NCBI RefSeq assembly: GCF_001194135.2 | Contig: NC_068993.1 | Coordinates: forward strand, 52,187,762 to 52,251,761 | Length of the DNA: 64,000 nt | Source of the DNA: Octopus bimaculoides | Taxonomy: Eukaryota | Reading direction: 5' to 3' | Part shown: piece by piece, positions 1-11,972 of the stretch | Layout of the letters: each line of letters opens with the position of its first letter | Numbering within the stretch: the stretch's first letter is position 1 | The notes under the pieces: model-generated | The model's database searches: none | What the model saw: the letters and a program-made list of their open reading frames with translations, nothing else | Told to the model about the DNA's origin: nothing | Made by a program: the position numbers and the translations under genes

Positions 1-33
<33 letters not shown>

Positions 34-469
34 TAAATATATGTATGTATGCATATATATATATATATATATATATATCTTTATGTATGTATAGTAATAA
101 ATACTCGCGTACAACATAGTATTGATTAAAAAAACCAGCTAAATTTAAAGGAAACTTTGAACAGATGTGAATACGTCTTTTTGTTCTCATTGTATACAGA
201 AAAATATAAGTGATTGTCCTGACTTACTCCACAGTTCATTGACCACTCAGCAGAAGAAAAGTATTCCCACATTGCTCTGTCCATTGAGAAAACATAAAAA
301 ATAGCTCTTTGATTCACACACAAACTAGAACAATAATAATGACTAACTAATTTGCATATTCTGCATTTGTAGGCATATGATTAAATAACTAATAAATATT
401 TATGTACAGTGTTTATTAGTAAACCTAAGTTATATCACAGTATCACAATATTGACCAGACCATCAGATG

Positions 470-990
470 CTGTTATACACTGCTGGTCACAGTGCATCTC
501 CAATTCTCTCTTGATTGCATCATTCTTTTCCATCTTGACACAAATTGCTTAATTAAATTGTCTTCTCATTATCATGGAGGCCTTCCAAGTGGCTTTCACT
601 GATCTGCTTGGATCCATCTGTTGTCTATGAACCTTGAGACCTGTCCGGCTCTGCAAAACTTGTGCCTTCAGTATTCTGCTATCACATCATTCACACCACT
701 CCATTCTTGAATTATCTCATTTTGAATATGGTCTTGTAATGATATTCCTAGCATGGAGCTTTCCATGGCTTTTTGTGCCATAGCCAATCAATAATCTATC
801 CTTTCCATAATAGCTCACATCTCACTTGCTTGTAACAGTGCTGGTATGACATGTCTATTGAAAAGCCTGACACATATGGTATTGTCTAGTTTTTTTTTTT
901 TTTTAGCACATCCTTTAGAGTGAATGCCTTCCATCCTGTCTTTATTCTCTTTGAGATTTCAGCATTTGAAATCTCAAACCTCAGATATAA
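470..990 (-). mobile_element. Degenerate RTE-clade LINE, 3' part of the RT ORF
   Basis: Minus-strand translation with stops and frameshifts: LFNRHVIPALL..AQKAMESSMLGISLQDHIQNE..SGVNDVIAEY..AGQVSRFIDNRW..KPLGRPP. This matches the typical RTE C-terminus (AMERSMLGISL..WAGHVAR..RPLGRPP). Confidence 0.75.
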
Positions 991-1538
991 ATATCTTCAT
1001 ATATATATATAAAAGTTTGGTTTCACTTTGTGATACCTTGGACAAGTATCTTCTACTGTTGCCTCAGGCAATAATAAAAGAGTGAGTTGGTAGTCCTAAG
1101 CTAAATACCAGCATTTTCTAAATTTTATTTTCTGATTTTCAATTTTTTTTTATTAAATTCACAATTGCTGAGTTATGCTTTATAACTATTATATTGTTAT
1201 GAACATAATATGTTATTTACATCATACCTAAATCCTATTTTTCAGTATCGTTAACCCAGTTGGTGAATGGAAATTGTCTGGAAACTCATTACAAATCAAT
1301 ACTCATCAAGCATTGGAGACATACAAATACTCACCAACACACATACACACACACACACATACACATCTATGTTTTAGATGTCATATAGTTTCAAGTAGAT
1401 TTAGACACCCTCTTGACCAAGTTGCATATCCAGGATGTGACTGATGGAGTGAGAGAGTCCCAACTCTCAGCTCCAACAGTTTACAGCTGAGAAAACTGGA
1501 GCAAAGATGCAACTGACTACTATCAGTTTTACTCACAG

Positions 1539-1687
1539 AATTGAACCCAAGTTTTTGTGATGATGAACTGAACTCCCAAACTATTTGGCCATGTACCTTC
1601 ACTCTTCTTGTTCATAGAAATAAAGATAAATTCAAAGGTAGACAGGTGGTTATTGGTGGCATCAAAATATTTCTTAATCACAGCGGT
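1539..1687 (+). CDS. Candidate coding exon (phase 1 to 0), product unknown; could splice to 4346
   Basis: Acceptor ttttactcacAG at 1537-38 and donor GTGAGT at 1688. The 149 nt are open in one frame: LNPSFCDDELNSQTIWPCTFTLLVHRNKDKFKGRQVVIGGIKIFLNHSG. There is an in-frame stop just upstream of the acceptor. No recognised homology. Confidence 0.25.
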
Positions 1688-2528
1688 GTGAGTTCGAGTC
1701 TCATGGCTGGCCAGTAACGTATTTTTCTGCAATGCATGGATAATTTATCCTGATCACGCTATTTATAGCATTATCACGCGTTTGAGAAATAAATTTATTT
1801 CTGTAATTCATTAATCAGTTTTACAAATATGTATATAGATATACATTTCCTTTGAGAATATATACTGGAGCTTGGATCTGGCAGAATTGTTAGCACATCA
1901 GACAAAATACATGGTGGCATATTTCGCACCTCTTTAACATTCACAGTTCAAATCATGCCAAGGACGTTTTTGCCTTTCATCTCTTTTAGGGTTGGTAAAA
2001 TAAAGAATTAGTCAAGAACTGAAGTTGAGGTAACCGACTTGCCTTCTACTCTGAAAATTTCTGGCCTTAGCAGCTCAGACAAAATATTTAGCAGCATTTC
2101 TTCCATTTATTTTTTTACATTCACAGTCCAAATGTCACTAAGGTCAACTTTGCTTTTTATCCTTTTAGGGTCAGTAAAATAAAGTACCAGTCAAGTACTG
2201 GGGTAGATGTAATCAACTTACCATCACCCATCTCCTTTAAAAAATTGCTAACCTTGTACCAAAACGAGAAACAGTTATTTTATTTTATTTTTTTGTATAT
2301 CATTATTATTACTACTGACTTTCAACTGGGAACCGGTCTAGTAAGACTGAATGTTGGAATGTAGTTAGTTGACTCAATCAACATCAGTATATTACTAATA
2401 ATTCTTTTATCAGCACAGCCTAGACAAAATGCAAATTTGATGCTAGTTTGATTTAAATTCAAAATTATGAAATCCATAGCTAATTTCAGTGAATGAAGTC
2501 AATCTTCTTATTGTCTCAGACATCTCAC

Positions 2529-2559
<31 letters not shown>

Positions 2560-2608
2560 GGTGTCGAGCAGGAAGAATTGTTAGCATGGTGGATAAAATG
2601 CTTAGTGG

Positions 2609-3215
2609 TGTTACAATGTTGGATGTAACGGCTTCAAAGTGTAATAATTTTTAAATGTAACGATGTTGGTTGTTGCGTGTCTGAATGTAACAATGTCCCA
2701 ATATAACATGGCAATAAGTGTACGTAGAAATAAATGTCAGAAGGCAAGTTTTATTTTTAAAGCATAGCAATTTATTTGGGTTGTTAACAAGTGCTGGGCA
2801 AAGTGAGTGCATATGTGTAGGAGTCAGAGGGGAGCCATGAAAACTTACAAATTGCATAAGTAAGTTAGGAGTTTTCAGTGCTAAGGATGTAAGAAAAACG
2901 AACAGGTAGTAGCTGGTGGTACGAAGGCTGGTATGAAATATCAAGATTTGTCCACTGTCGGTTGTGGAGATCTGTCAACTGACAGTTGTGCAGCTCTGTT
3001 TGCTGATGGTCGTAGGATCTGTTCACCAATGATCATGGAGATCTGTTCGCTGACAGTTGTGGCGTTGAAGTCTTCTGCTAACTGACTGCCAAAAAGGCAT
3101 GCTCCCTTGATGGGCTGATGACTGCTGTTTTTATAGATACACTACCAGATCTGATTGGCTGCCATTGCCAAAGCACAGCTGTGATAATGAAATATGGCTT
3201 CCCTGACACCCTACA
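2609..3215 (-). mobile_element. Solo LTR (Gypsy-like, 4-bp TSD) inserted in a SINE
   Basis: Termini TGTTACA...CCCTACA. Perfect GTGG duplication at 2605-2608 and 3216-3219. The interrupted SINE (aatgcttagtgg|gtggtattttatctgtc) resumes exactly. CCAAT then TATAAAA on the minus strand at about 3158-3129. Confidence 0.8.
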
Positions 3216-3259
3216 GTGGTATTTTATCTGTCACCACATTCTGAGTTCAAATTCTGCTG

Positions 3260-3657
3260 ACAGATTCTGCTGGCAGATTCATTAGCACAACAGACAAAAT
3301 ATTTACTTACTTAGTGACATTTCATCCATCTTCACGTTCAAATGCCGTTGAGGTCAGCTATGCCTTCCATGCTTTCAGGGTCAGTGGGATAAGTACCAGT
3401 TGCGCACTGGGGTTGATGTAATCAACTAACCCTGCTCCCCCCCCCCCAATTTCAGTCTGGTAGAATTGTTAGCACACCAGGCAAAATGCTTAGCGGCATT
3501 TTGTCTGTCTTTTTACATTCTGAGTTCAAATGCTACCGAGGTCAACTTTGCTTTCCTTCCTTTCAGAGTCATTGAGATTACTTGTTGAGCTCTGGGGTCA
3601 ATATAATCAGCTTACTCCTTGCCCTGAAATTGCTGGCCTTGTGCCAAAATGTGAAAC

Positions 3658-3709
<52 letters not shown>

Positions 3710-3718
3710 GTTATTATT
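3260..3718 (+). mobile_element. Two partial tRNA-derived SINE copies, the second ending in an expanded (ATT)n tail
   Basis: Family consensus gcagaattgttagcac..ttctgagttcaaat..gtcaactttgc..gtgccaaaatgtgaaacc, followed by (ATT)n at 3659-3718. Confidence 0.8.
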
Positions 3719-4345
3719 TAAAAAAATGTTATTTATTTGTTTATAATATTTTGTCCATATCAATATAACTCTATTGGAAAAAGAAAAATAGCACAAAAAA
3801 AAAATAGAAAGCAAGTTATTAAAAAATGTATATCCTATTTATTCCAGTTCTATGTTAATATTTGATGGTGGTGATTAAATTTTACCTGTTATTGTCATCA
3901 AAAATAGTTTTCATGTTTCCCTGTAACTAAAATCTCATTAGATTTTCTTTAGGTTTTTCTCTTTTATTTTATATTATTTCATTTTGATAATCTTAATATT
4001 ATTGTTTGACTTTTTTTTTTATTGTACCCAAGCAATTACTAAAGGTTAAAAAAAAAAAAAAATAACAACAATGTAGTAATTAAGAAAAAAAAAACACCAA
4101 TAAGAGCAGAGAGAAAAAACAAAACAAAAGGTATATTTGTTTTTATTCCTGTGTGTGTCACACTAGCAATGTATGTTCTGCTACAACAACGTTGGCATCG
4201 GCTGGCTTCAGCTTGTAAATAATAATGAACTGCTAGAGAAGAGACAGAAGATGTGATCGATGGCAGCCTCAGAGCTACAAGCTGGTTTGGGATGCAACAT
4301 AATCACGTGTTTCCGTGAAATAGCAGCTTTCCTCTTATTTTTCAG

Positions 4346-4435
4346 GAACTTCATGAGAGTCTGCGAGCTGTATCAAATATTTCTGAGCTTAAAACTGCTT
4401 TAGGTAGTCTGCTGTCGGATTTACTGTATGCTACG
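4346..4435 (+). CDS. Internal coding exon (90 nt, phase 0-0) of a GAF-domain protein, PDE2A-like cGMP-dependent phosphodiesterase
   Basis: Acceptor cctcttatttttcAG and donor GTGAGT. Only one frame is open: ELHESLRAVSNISELKTALGSLLSDLLYAT. It aligns without gaps at 10/30 identity to human PDE2A [30 protein letters not shown] (recalled from memory). Confidence 0.6.
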
Positions 4436-4779
4436 GTGAGTCTTCTTTTCTTATTCCCTCTTTCTTTAACAAACATATACTTACCATTCCACCCCCACCC
4501 CCCAAACCCCGTGTCGAGAATTCCAACAAACTGACCTTGATTTTCCCTTTCCCACCTTTTGTTGTTGTTGTTTTTTTTTGCCTTCTTTTAAAATTCAGCA
4601 AGGGTACTATGGCAGACATGGTAGGGGGGTTTGTGTTGATGGAGGTGGTGGTAGTTGTTATAGTTGTGGTGATAGTGGTTGAGGTGGTGCTGTCTGGTGT
4701 TAATGAAGAAGGAAAATATTTTTTTTTTACATCTACACGTTTTTGTTCTTCTCCAGCAGACAGATATATTCATAATCCG

Positions 4780-4970
4780 AAAAATATATATATTTACTGT
4801 ACACACAGTCACAAGCATACACATCACACACTATGTATACATACATTTACACAAACACACACACAACAGGCATGCAAATATACACACATGACATGAATAT
4901 ATACACTGGTACACAACAAATACATAAACACAAATACATTCACAGGCATAAAATACTTTCACACTCAATG

Positions 4971-5051
<81 letters not shown>

Positions 5052-5348
5052 ACCTCAAATATGTACACAACACAAATTTGTTCACTCACAGAAACTTATA
5101 CATTCATACTGAAAACAAATATATAGACATGTAATAAATACACACACACACACGTACACATATAATACAAATATATACATATATACATACATACACAAAG
5201 CACAAATTCATGCATGTAATGCAATACATATACTTACAATCTACAAACATACATACAGTGTATACATGCACACTATATATATATATATATATATATCACA
5301 AATACATACATAGACCCAGTACAGATGCATACATATAAATATACATTG

Positions 5349-5379
<31 letters not shown>

Positions 5380-5609
5380 TGTAATATATACATTCTCAAA
5401 ATAAATCTTTACATTTGCACATAACATGAATATATATAGATATATATAGACATACACGCAACAGGTTTTTTCTTACATACACCACCCAAAATGCTTACAC
5501 ATACACACATGTATACATACAACATTAATACATGCATGCATACACTGATACATACATGCATATAATATGCAAACACACACATCTATATCTATATCTATCT
5601 GACTGTCTG

Positions 5610-5642
<33 letters not shown>

Positions 5643-6153
5643 GTAGACAGATATAGATATAGATGTATGTGTTTGTGTGTATCTATATATATTTCTATGC
5701 ATTTGGTATTGTGTATGCAAGCACCTGTTGTGTGTGTATATATTCTTACTGTGTGCAAATTTTATATTTATTCATACATTCATGCATACAGATATATGCA
5801 TATTTGCGGTTGTGTCATACACACAGCAACACACGTGTGTGTGTGTGTATGTGTGTGTACATAATGAATATAGATATAATTATATAGATATGTATATTGC
5901 ACACTCACATAACGCGAATACAAATACAATGCGTGTACTCAAATACGTATATGTCCATCTATGTATCTCTCTTTTTTCCTCTCTCTCTCTCTATATATAT
6001 ATATGTGTGTGCGTGTGTATGTATAATTATATATGTACACATAGCACCACTACATATACACAATATAGATATATATATTGCAGTAAATGTACATACACAT
6101 ATAAAGACGTACCTAAATATATATTATATATATATATTACACACACTCACACA

Positions 6154-6190
<37 letters not shown>

Positions 6191-6530
6191 GCGGGCACAG
6201 TCAACTGCATTTGTACAGATGCATACACATATTCAGACAATACTTGCAAATGCAGACAAATACATCTATACATACATAATCGCAAAGATACATATACACA
6301 TTATAAATATCCACAGACACACACATCTATACAATATACATACATTGATGCAGACATTAAAGATACGTACATACATACGCGTGCATACATAAACATGTAT
6401 ACATGTTTATATATATATATACATACACACGCATACATACGTAAACATGTACGTAGTTACATTTACTTGATATACATACATATATGCATACATACATACA
6501 TATATACATACATATTTGTGTATGTGTGTG
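4780..6530. repeat. Compound (TA)n/(CA)n/(TACA)n low-complexity tract
   Basis: Directly visible interleaved di- and tetranucleotide repeats. Confidence 0.95.
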
Positions 6531-6676
6531 TGTTTGTTAGGAAGGGCATCCAGTCATGCCAAACCATGCGAAACCTGACGATGGAACTTGGTGCTGCCCT
6601 CCAGCTTGTCAGATCCTGTCAAACCGTCCAACCCACGTCAGCATGGAAAACGGACGTTAAGTGAAAACGAAGATAC

Positions 6677-6812
6677 ATACATACATACATACATACATAC
6701 ATACATTTACACATACATATATGTCCATCCATCCGTACGTACGTACGTACATACATACATACATACGTACGTACGTACCTACGTACGTACCTACGTACGT
6801 ACGTACGTACGT
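6677..6812. repeat. (TACA)n grading into self-complementary (TACG)n
   Basis: atacatacat...gtacgtacgtacgtac, seen directly. Confidence 0.95.
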
Positions 6813-7568
6813 GCACTGATATGTGTTCAAGAAACATATACCTCTGCACATTGAGGCAAATGTATACGCACACACACATGCCCAGTTACATGTTCATAAT
6901 GCATTGCGAGTGAATTTGGTCGAAGGAAATTGTGTGGAAGCCCAGAAGATCTTGTGTACTTACAGGCCAAACTCTTCCATGGCATCAAGTGCTTTTTCGT
7001 CCGATATTCAACACTGAACATTACGTATGTATGTATGTATGTATGGACGGGTGCGTAAATGTATGTATGTATGGATGGATGGACGGACGGATGGACGGAT
7101 GCATAAATGCATGTATGAGTAAATGCATGTAAAATTATTGTGTGTGTGTGTGTGTGTGTTTGTACCTGTTTCATACCCCCACCTCCGCTCGACAGTACTG
7201 GTTTGTTTACATCCCCGTAACTTAGCCGTTCGGCAAAAAAATAAGAGAAATTTTGTAAGTGCCAGAATTAAAAAAAAAATAAAATAGATACATTCTAGGG
7301 TCGATTTATTTAAGTTAAACCGTTGGCGACGGTGCTGTAGCATGGCCGCAGTCTAATGACGGAAGAAACGCGCAAAAGATTATGTGTGTGTGNNNNNNNN
7401 NNNNNNNNNNNNNNNNNNNNNNNNNNNNNNNNNNNNNNNNNNNNNNNNNNNNNNNNNNNNNNNNNNNNNNNNNNNNNNNNNNNNNNNNNNNNNNNNNNNN
7501 NNNNNNNNNNNNNNNNNNNNNNNNNNNNNNNNNNNNNNNNNNNNNNNNNNNNNNNNNNNNNNNNNNNN

Positions 7569-7608
<40 letters not shown>

Positions 7609-7819
7609 CCTCCATGTTTATGTACATATGACAGACCTGCTGACACAATTTATACGGAAGACAAGAGGAGAGTGGAGAACAACAGAATGCGGTTCGTTAT
7701 TCCGGCAGAGCTGTTCCTTTATCAAGTTTGTAGGGTTGAGAGAGAGAATTATTCAAACCCCCGATGAATCAATCTGACCACAAAACCATTCATGAATTTC
7801 CTATGGAAAATGCATCATT

Positions 7820-7988
7820 TCACTGACCTTGCTGCTGCTGATGATGATGATGCTGCTGCCTAATGTTTGTTGTTGTTGTTGTTGCTGGCTTGAAACATGA
7901 ATGAACATTATCATCACCGCAACCGCCACCACCACCACAACTACTGCTGCCACCACCGTTTGCTACTGCTGTTGCTACTACTACTACA

Positions 7989-8024
<36 letters not shown>

Positions 8025-8060
8025 GCTACTACTACTACTTCTACTACTACTGTCACCACC
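7820..8060. repeat. Compound trinucleotide repeats (GCT, GAT, GTT, CAC, CTA)
   Basis: Seen directly; source of the poly-Y/V/L ORFs in the track. Confidence 0.95.
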
Positions 8061-8837
8061 ACCGTTCTGTTGTTGCTGGTCCGTTCTGTGTCTCCTCTTC
8101 TGCTTTTCCTTGTAATGAATTTATAACATTTTCTTTCTCGTCTCTTCTCTTTTCTCTTCTCTTCTCTCTCTCTCTCTCTCTCTCCTTCTCTCTGTGCAAC
8201 AGATCATATTTATACGCACAATTGCAAATACACAAACGCACACGCATAGCCGCAGCACTCATGCGCGCGCGCTTATACGCTTACACGCGCAAACGTCAAT
8301 GGGGGTTTTTTTTTTGTTTTGTTTCCGCCTCCTCTTCATTCAGTCTTTTATTTTTTATTCATTCTTGCTATCATTTTTTTTCTTTCTTCTTCTGTCACCT
8401 TCAAGTCATTCGGAAATCCAACATCTACGTCTCATTCTGAAACAGAAGTTCTGATGACGATGACGATGATGTAGACGATATCGATGATGATGATGATGAT
8501 GATGATGATTATCATCACCATCATCATCTCTTCCTCTATCTGTCTCTCTATCTATCCCTATCTTTCATTGTACAACGTTCATTCTGTATCTCACTATCTC
8601 ATATGTGAGTGCCTCTCTCTCTCTCTCTCTTTCCCCTATACTGCAACTCTTTTTCCCCTCTCTTGCCCCTCCCCCTTTATACTTCTTTCTGTGTCTCTTA
8701 TAATCTATTTTTCTCTTTCTATCTCTTAACCTTTTTCTTTCCCATTTCTTGTTTCTTTCTCATTCTCTGTCTATTTTCTTGTTTTTACTTCTGCCTTTTC
8801 CTTCTATGTATGTATGTATGTATGTCAATACGAGTGT

Positions 8838-9069
8838 TATTTATTTACTACCCACAAGGGGCTACACACAGAGGGGACAAACAAGGACAGACAAACGGAT
8901 TAAATCGATTATATCGACCCCAGTGCGTAACTGGTACTTATTTAATCGACCCCGAAAGGATGAAAGGCAAAGTCGACCTCGGCGGAATTTGAACTCAGAA
9001 CGTAGCGGGCAGACGAAATACCGCTGAGCATTTCGCCCGGCGTGCTAACGATTCTGCCAGCGCGCCGCC
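8838..9069 (-). mobile_element. Full-length young tRNA-derived SINE (octopus OR-type head) with 17-bp TSD
   Basis: Minus-strand head GGCGGCGCGCTGGCAGAATCGTTAGCACGCCGGGCG with B-box-like GAGTTCAAATTCC. Perfect TSD tatgtcaatacgagtgt at 8821-8837 and 9070-9086. CpGs intact. Confidence 0.9.
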
Positions 9070-9082
9070 TATGTCAATACGA

Positions 9083-9415
9083 GTGTATGTGGCCAAGTGG
9101 CCAGGGTATTCAGCTGACGATCGTTAGGTCGTGAGTTCGATTCCCCACAGCGCGGTGTCTCCTTGAGCAAGACCTTTTACTCTATGTTTGTTTCAGTTCA
9201 CCCGGCTGTCAATAACGAGTGCTACCTGTATTCCAAAGGGCCGTGCTTGTCACATTCCGTGTCACACCGAATCTCCCTGAGAACTACATTTAAGGGTACG
9301 CGCGCGTGTGTGTGTGTGGAATGCCCTGCCACTTGTTCGTTAATTTCACGAGCAGACTGTCCCATTGATCGGATCAACTGCAATGCTCGTCGTTGTAACC
9401 AACGGAGCGTCACTT
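9083..9415 (+). mobile_element. tRNA-derived SINE with Ceph-SINE-like central domain (other copies 12450-12712 -, 40520-40850 +, 60255-60545 -)
   Basis: A-box gtggccaagtgg and B-box gagttcgattcc. The conserved block tgtcacattccgtgtcac..gagaactac..ttaatttcacgagcag..gatcggatcaactg recurs four times in the window. Family name from recall. Confidence 0.75.
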
Positions 9416-9985
9416 ATAGCTGTGTGTGTGTGTGCGTGCGCGCGCGTGTGTCTTCCTTTCTTTGTCCTTCCCTTTTCTTCTCTTTTCCGTCTTTCCTTTA
9501 TTTTTCCAGATTTCGTTTTTGCTGTTATGGTGAGATTTATTAAAATCACATATCACACTCCTGCACTCATTTCTCTCTCTCCTCCCTTCTCTCTCTCTCT
9601 CTCTCCTCCCTTCTCTCTCTCTCTCTGCCTGTCTGTCTCTCTCTCTCTCTCTCACACACACACACGCCTGCATACAATCACATTTACACACACACATACA
9701 CAAATTGATTCGCATACGTTCACATACACGTAGACACCACTATCTCTGTCTTTTTCACTCTCGCTCTTTCTGTCTGTCTTTCTGTTTCTATCTTTCTTTC
9801 TTTCTTTCTCTCTTTCTTTCTTTCTTTCTTTCTCTCTCTCTCTCTCTCTGTCTTTATCTTTCTCTCTCTCTCACGCACACACATACATGCATACATTTAC
9901 GTTTACACACACACGCAAATTGATTCATATGCTTTCACACTCACACACACATACACACACAACACTGTGTCTCTCTTTCTGTCTT

Positions 9986-10048
<63 letters not shown>

Positions 10049-10352
10049 TTGAGTCTGTCTGTCTCTCCCTCCCCTCCTCTCTCAGCTGTATTCTGTCAGA
10101 CTGTTAGTATTATTATTGTTGCTTTGTCCCAGATCAATACTGATTGACTATTCATATAATCAAAAGCGTCCCAGCTGTGACCACACGGCTTCTGTCCTGC
10201 CCTCGTATAACAGCCAGAATATGATAATATAATTTGAAGGCGATTTGGCTGCCACTTTTTTCTAGCAGGTCAAGTGACGATATAGAGGTCTCCTTCCATT
10301 AGCCTATGCTCGATTGTATATTTATACATGTGGATACATAAAGCTCTCTCCC

Positions 10353-10383
<31 letters not shown>

Positions 10384-10849
10384 GCTAAGTAGACACAATA
10401 AGGTTTGTAAGGCATGGAAGTTGGCTAATCGAATGTTTATCGGCTTTTTAGATATGTTGTGCTACAGTCTCGTTTGAATGGAAATTACTCACTTATCGTG
10501 CAGAGGTCGTTGTGTGTAGAACGAAGTAAGGAAATTTTACTACTGTTTTGATATATTTAACCTCTAGTTGTGTATATGCCTACACACATACATATATATT
10601 CACACGCATCTACACACATGCACTCACGCGTACGTACGCGCGCACACACACACACATACACAGAGTTTGTTTAGGCTAATCCAGTTCTTTTATTCTGGAG
10701 TTTTCCCCGATGTGATGCTCGATTTCTTTAGACATACATACACACACGTAGGCATGAATGCATGCATACATACATACATACATACATACATACATGTGAT
10801 CATGCATATATACGCACACGCATTTATGTATAAGTATATATACATAAAT

Positions 10850-10972
10850 GGCGAAAGTAAAGACTAAGCACAACCGATGTTTGGGGTTAAGGGTTAGGGT
10901 TTAGGGTTAGTTTTAGGGTCAGGGTTAGGGTTACGCCGAAAACGAGTGGTGTGCGTATTCTTTACCTTCGCC
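10850..10972. mobile_element. MITE with 14-bp TIRs, 8-bp TSD and internal TTAGGG repeats
   Basis: TIRs GGCGAAAGTAAAGA / TCTTTACCTTCGCC (1 mismatch). TSD ACATAAAT at 10842-10849 and 10973-10980. Degenerate (TTAGGG)n at 10883-10932. Confidence 0.85.
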
Positions 10973-10978
10973 ACATAA

Positions 10979-11004
<26 letters not shown>

Positions 11005-11009
<5 letters not shown>

Positions 11010-11945
11010 ATTGTGTGGTAAGAAGCTACGAGGCTTGCTTCCCAACCACATGACTTCGAGTTTAGCCCCCACTGAGTGGCACCTTGGGTAAGCGTCTGCT
11101 ACCACAACCTCAGGCCAACGAAAGCCTTGTGAGTGAATTTGGTAGACAGAAATTGAAACAAGCCCCTCTTATATATACAGGGTGTCCACAAAACCTGGGT
11201 ACATGAGGATTAACACATACTTTAAGAAATTATTATTTCTTATATTTAATTGTTTATGTTATGATTTTATTTACTCCATGTACCCAGACCTTGTGAACAC
11301 CCTGCATATATATATATATATATATANNNNNNNNNNNNNNNNNNNNNNNNNNNNNNNNNNNNNNNNNNNNNNNNNNNNNNNNNNNNNNNNNNNNNNNNNN
11401 NNNNNNNNNNNNNNNNNNNNNNNNNNNNNNNNNNNNNNNNNNNNNNNNNNNNNNNNNNNNNNNNNNNNNNNNNNNNNNNNNNNNNNNNNNNNNNNNNNNN
11501 NNNNNNNNNNNNNNNNNNNNNNNNNNNNNNNNNNNNNNNNNNNNNNNNNNNNNNNNNNNNNNNNNNNNNNNNNNNNNNNNNNNNNNNNNNNNNNNNNNNN
11601 NNNNNNNNNNNNNNNNNNNNNNNNNNNNNNNNNNNNNNNNNNNNNNNNNNNNNNNNNNNNNNNNNNNNNNNNNNNNNNNNNNNNNNNNNNNNNNNNNNNN
11701 NNNNNNNNNNNATATATATATATATATATATATACACGGGTGTGGGTGTATGTGTGTCTTGACAACGGGTGCTTGACAACCTGTGCTGCTGTGGTTACCA
11801 CTCCGTAATCTAACGGTTCAGCCAAATGGATCGATAGAATAAGTAGCAGGCTTTTAAAAAATAAGTATTGGGGTCGATTCGTTTGGCTGAAGTCATTCAA
11901 GGCTGTGCCCCAGCATGACCACAGTCCGATAACTGAAAGAAGTAA
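11005..11945 (+). mobile_element. Abundant octopus SINE with internal microsatellite, interrupted by a MITE and a gap (other copies 13370-13700, 13820-14270, 21330-21620, 35050-35390, 53350-53750, 61840-62270)
   Basis: Head gtgtggtaagaagc..cccaaccacatg..ggcaccttggg and tail gacaac..gatagaataagta..ggggtcgatt..cagcatg(g/a)cc(g/a)cagtc, shared by many copies in the window. Confidence 0.85.
11178..11304. mobile_element. Tc1/mariner-type MITE
   Basis: About 28-bp TIRs CAGGGTGTCCACAAAACCTGGGTACATG / CATGTACCCAGACCTTGTGAACACCCTG, inserted in a (TA)n tract. Confidence 0.8.
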
Positions 11946-11972
11946 AAAGATATACGTACATATATATATATG

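Noticed and set aside
1570-1660. Resemblance of TIWPCT..FKGRQVVIGG to METTL-type methyltransferase motifs
   Set aside because: Needs a gap and lacks the (D/E)LGxGxG SAM-binding motif.
10883-10932. Relic of a telomere fusion or chromosome end
   Set aside because: The repeats are short, one orientation only, and bounded by TIRs and a TSD, so they are transposon cargo.
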